Source: Podarcis liolepis
Taxonomy: Eukaryota
Assembly (NCBI GenBank): GCA_965112155.1
Contig: OZ218098.1
Strand: one strand, 5' to 3'
Length of the DNA: 64,000 nucleotides
Part shown: one piece after another, positions 60,401-64,000 of the stretch
Layout of the letters: the number at the start of each line of letters is the position of its first letter
Numbering within the stretch: position 1 is the first letter of the stretch
Notes under the pieces: model-generated
The model's input: only the letters and a program-made list of their open reading frames with translations
The model's database searches: none
Told to the model about the DNA's origin: nothing
Made by a program: the position numbers and the translations under genes

Positions 60401-63253
60401 TTCCTGATTATTATTTTTTAAAGAAAAACATTTTGAATTGTTCAGTATTTTAGGAAAAAGTTGTTCTCTCCTGATTACCCCCTCTTACTCTTAAATGCAG
60501 AGGGGGAAAGTATTGCTTTAAAAGAGAGAGAGGGAATGTTTCTATGAAAAAATAACATCTGGGGTTATTAAACAGAAAATGGAAAACCTTAAGCTGAATC
60601 CTGTAATCAGTTGCTGGTGCTTAGCCCCACTCAAGTCAACTAGTCAATGAATAACAACAACAACAACAACAATTTTATTATTTATACCCTATCTGGCTGG
60701 TTTCCCCAGCCACTCTGGGCGGCTTACAGCACATAAACAATTGTAAAACATTAGACATTAAAAATTTCTCACTATAGGGTTGCCTTCCAATGTCTTCTAA
60801 AAGTCAGATCATTGTTTATTTCTTTGACATCTGATGGGAGGGCATTCCACAGGGCAGGCGCCACTACCTAGAAGGTGCTCTACCTGGTTCCCTGTAACCT
60901 CACTTCTTGCAGTGAGGGAACTGCTGGAAGGCCCTCGAAGCTGGACCTCAGTGTCCAGGCTGAACGATGGGGTGAAGATGCTCCTTCGGGTATACTGAAT
61001 GGAGGCCTTTGAGGGCTTTAAAGGTCAGCACCAACACTTTGAATTGTGCCCGGAAACGTACTGGGAGCCAATGTAGGTCTTTCAGGACCGGTGTTATATG
61101 GTCTTGGCGGCCACTCCCAGTCACCAGTCTAGCTCCCAGTCACCAGTCTAGCTGCCGCAATGAAATGAAACAATGCATGTAATGTCAGGTTCAGTGGGGC
61201 CCATAATCAAAAGATTTCCTTCACATGCATGGGGTCACACCTAGACCTACCTGACACCTGAACAGCTCCTCTTCCACCTACCCATCAGCTGTACGATGAG
61301 AATAACAGAATAATCACTGAAAGGAAATAGTTTACAGCATCATAACTGTCCACACACCTTCCAAGGCAAAGCGGTACAATACACTGGCCATATCTTGCAC
61401 CACCATCCCTGAGGGACTCCTTTTTCTCTCATTCTCCAGAAACACCATCAGGTCTGACACCACCTCATTGATAGCACCCGCATACAAAACAGCCTCTGTA
61501 GGTTTGAGCATCCTCTTGTTCAGCACCTGCCGCAGGCGGTGCCACCGCTCTCCATCCCTGAGGAGAGAGACAGTTGGATCCATGTAAGAAAGAAGAAGAA
61601 GAAGAAGAGTTTGGATTTGATATCCCGCTTTATCACTACCCTAAGGAGTCTCAAAGCGGCTAACAATCTCCCACAACCCACAACAAATATCCCTTGGAAT
61701 ATTTCTCAGTTTGCCAGTATTGGCTCATGGTTTTGCTCTGGAATCACTCCTCATTGACAGGAAACTTGTGACCCTCCAAATGTTGTGGGGCTCCCATCAG
61801 CTCCAGTCAGTATAGTCAATGGCTAGGGATAATGGGAGTTGCAGTCCAACCCTCTCTGAAGGGCTACAGGTTCCCCATCCTGCCACAGGGCATGTTTAGG
61901 CAGCCCTGACTGCAGGGAATAGGAGGGTTTTGGAAACCCTTTCATCACTTAAGAAATCCTTTAGCCTACAATGGGTAGCCTGTTTGTTTGGCTGACAGAG
62001 AGAGGCAGAGAACAGCAGACAGCTGCAAAGTCTTTTTAAAAACCCAACTTCAAACAATTTTATATACCGTATGGGTTCTGTAAGTTTGCAATGAAAGTCA
62101 ACTGTGGAAGGTCTTGATTGGTTGGTACCCATTAAGCCACTAATACTTTCCTTTTCCAATCTCAGAAGTAGTTTTGCAACATAAGACAAATGTTTGTTTG
62201 GCTTTATTTATTAAAATACGAAAGTGGTAGAAGCAAAGAACCCCATGCAAGTGCAACCTACAAGATGCTGCGGTGTGGAGAGTTCCTGTTCAGGGTTGCA
62301 GCAAGCCAGCCATGCCTTTTTCTAGGATAATCCTTTCCATTCCCCCTCCTACTCCAGTTTTCTTTCCCCAACAGTCAGTTGGCATTCCATGTCCACTCTG
62401 CGTCCTCATTCTCACTGAGCTCTTTTGGGGTGCTCCCCTAAAGAATCTTCATTATACTTTGGCAAACCTTGTGATTTCCCCTAAGTCTGCTGGCACCTCC
62501 TCCTCCTATTTGTGTGGTACCATCTTGGCTGCAACGGGGTTGGCATTTGGAGAATTGACTTTGCTATTAATACGGATGCTTCCAAAGGAAGGCATTTTCT
62601 TGCAACATCATATCTGATTTTCCTTTGTGCACAACTGACGCATGAGTCTTCACACATTCCCTGCTTCTCATTCATGATATTCATTGCTATGCCACACCTT
62701 GCCATCCACACCAGTGCGAGGAGTTCGAGATAAGGTATCTGGAATGTGCTTTTCTGTTCCATTCCAGATGTAAGTGTGCCCTGAAAGCACTGTGCCTTTC
62801 CCATAATTGCCGGAACAAATTATACAAAGTATCCAAGCATGCAAATTCATTGAATCAAATTGCAGAATTTAGCTGCTTTTTTCCACTCTTAAAAAAAATT
62901 AAAAGTCTACATTATACACAGCCTTGGAAATATCAAACCATCATAGAAAAATAAAATGCATGCTATGCAAAGACTATGCCTCCCCTTGCTTTTGTAAATA
63001 CTGCCCTTGATATGCCCACACAGTAGCTACAGGATATGGGATGGAACGCTTCACACACTCACTCAGTGAAGGGGCCATAGGCCAAGTGCCGTACGTCCCG
63101 GTGCTCCTTCCAGAGGGCCATGTCACTTCGGATGGGATACTTCCCCTCCTGACGCAACAGCTGCTCGAGGACTTCAGGACTGCCAATATTAATGTTAACA
63201 TAAGGGCCAAACCGAGATTGCCAAATGGGGCCATATTTCTTCCTGGAAATGAC
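57449..63253 (-). CDS. CYP27A1: Sterol 26/27-hydroxylase, mitochondrial cytochrome P450 27A1 (exons 2-9; exon 1 lies beyond the window)
   Basis: Exons 63253-63063, 61557-61358, 59823-59626, 59319-59159, 58755-58589, 58406-58325, 57978-57775, 57574-57449 (TAA); 1329 nt in frame. I-helix [14 protein letters not shown]-helix KETLR, PERF, heme motif [11 protein letters not shown]; RQEGKYPIR and [10 protein letters not shown] are CYP27-type. Confidence 0.93.
60243..60381. mobile_element. Palindromic ~130-bp hAT-type MITE (well-preserved copy)
   Basis: ggggaacttgtggctctccagatgttg...caacaccttctgaagggccatagatttcccc hairpin. Related copies at about 20086-20150, 26968-27098, 28100-28350, 28498-28628, 32700-32838, 35510-35630, 38020-38135 and 61757-61882. 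Confidence 0.75.
60652..61160 (-). mobile_element. L2/CR1-superfamily LINE 3' end, same family as 52640-53077, in CYP27A1 intron 3
   Basis: Shares long blocks with the 52.6-53.1 kb copy (agggctttaaaggtcagcaccaacactttgaattgtgc, ctggacctcagtgtccagg, ccccagccactctggg); (TTG)n tail. Confidence 0.85.
61587..61675 (-). mobile_element. SINE 3' remnant with (TTC)n tail
   Basis: (GAA)n followed by gagtttggatttgatatcccgctttatcactacc...gagtctcaaagcggct, a retroposon tail I associate with lacertid genomes (from memory). Confidence 0.55.
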
Positions 63254-63584
63254 CTGGAAGAGACACACACAGTCAGTGGGATTAGCCCTGACACCAGCCC
63301 ATTCCGAATAATCATAAATGTTTGCATGACTGCCCTTATTGCTGAGGGCAATAATTAAGTCCACATGCTGGTTAGTAAAATGCCATATACACCTAGAAGC
63401 ATCACACCACTTCATTCTCAGCAAGGACATGCTGCCATTTTTATTTGTTTTGCTTAGTTTAGAGCTTGCATTCCTCAGTTCAGCTCTGGGGTCCCTTTGG
63501 GGTCTTCCCCAAGTTCCTTCCTCCTGCAGTGCCCAGCTGTGATAACACTTCCCATAGTTCCATCTCGCCCCTGGATTTTGGATA

Positions 63585-63854
63585 CAGTGGTACCTCGCAA
63601 GACGAATGCCTCGCAAGACGAAAAACGCGCAAGACGAAAGAGTTTTCTGTTTTTTGAGTCGTTCCACAAGACGAATTTCCCTATGGGCTTGCTTCGCAAG
63701 ACGAAACGTCTTGCGAGTTCTTGCGAGTTTGTTTCCTTTTTCTTAAAGCAGCTAATAGCTGCTAAGCCGCTAATAGCCGTGCTTCGCAAGACAAAAAACT
63801 GCAAAATGAAGAGACTCGCGGAACGGATTAATTTCGTCTTGCGAGGCACCACTG
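63585..63854. mobile_element. Tigger-like MITE (different subfamily) in CYP27A1 intron 1
   Basis: TA-flanked; TIRs cagtggtacctcgcaagacgaa...ttcgtcttgcgaggcaccactg; repeated internal cgcaagacga motifs; CpG-rich, suggesting a young insertion. Confidence 0.9.
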
Positions 63855-64000
63855 TACTATGATTATATAACAGATAGATTACATTAAAAGATGCAGGAAT
63901 AAAATTTAGAATTGGAACCCCATGGAAGGAAGGAGGTCTCAAGGTTTGAAATAACCTTTTTCTAAATGTGTGAAAATGTTATGTTTATGGTTATTTATTT

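Noticed and set aside
63585-63854. CRISPR-like repeated cgcaagacgaa units
   Set aside because: Vertebrate DNA; the units are irregular subterminal repeats inside a TA-flanked MITE.
63059-63942. 202-aa and 155-aa ORFs suggesting a longer CYP27A1 N-terminus or a transposase
   Set aside because: They run through intron and a non-coding Tigger-like MITE; only 63253-63063 is CYP27A1-like, and no DDE/D motif is present.

Overview
Vertebrate genomic DNA; the repeat content suggests a squamate, probably a lacertid lizard (inference). Four spliced genes were reconstructed by hand from GT-AG boundaries with consistent intron phases. They are the 3' part of TTLL4 (+, 13 exons, stop at 12291), a complete PRKAG3 (AMPK gamma-3; +, 12 coding exons, about 521 aa), a complete intact RACGAP1/MgcRacGAP/CYK4 paralogue (-, 15 coding exons, about 612 aa), and exons 2-9 of CYP27A1 (-). 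The main finding is the RACGAP1-like gene. It sits between PRKAG3 and CYP27A1, where human 2q35 has no such gene, and looks like a whole-genome-duplication ohnologue. It keeps the coiled coil, C1 zinc finger and RhoGAP arginine finger but has altered the PLK1 and Aurora-B phosphosites and apparently lost the basic NLS segment. The PRKAG3-CYP27A1 block is also inverted relative to TTLL4 compared with human, and the PRKAG3 N-terminal exon carries a degenerate 7-aa repeat array. Introns and intergenic DNA contain L1, L2 and CR1 fragments, SINEs, and hAT and Tc1/mariner MITEs, some nested. Human comparisons are from memory, not from a search.
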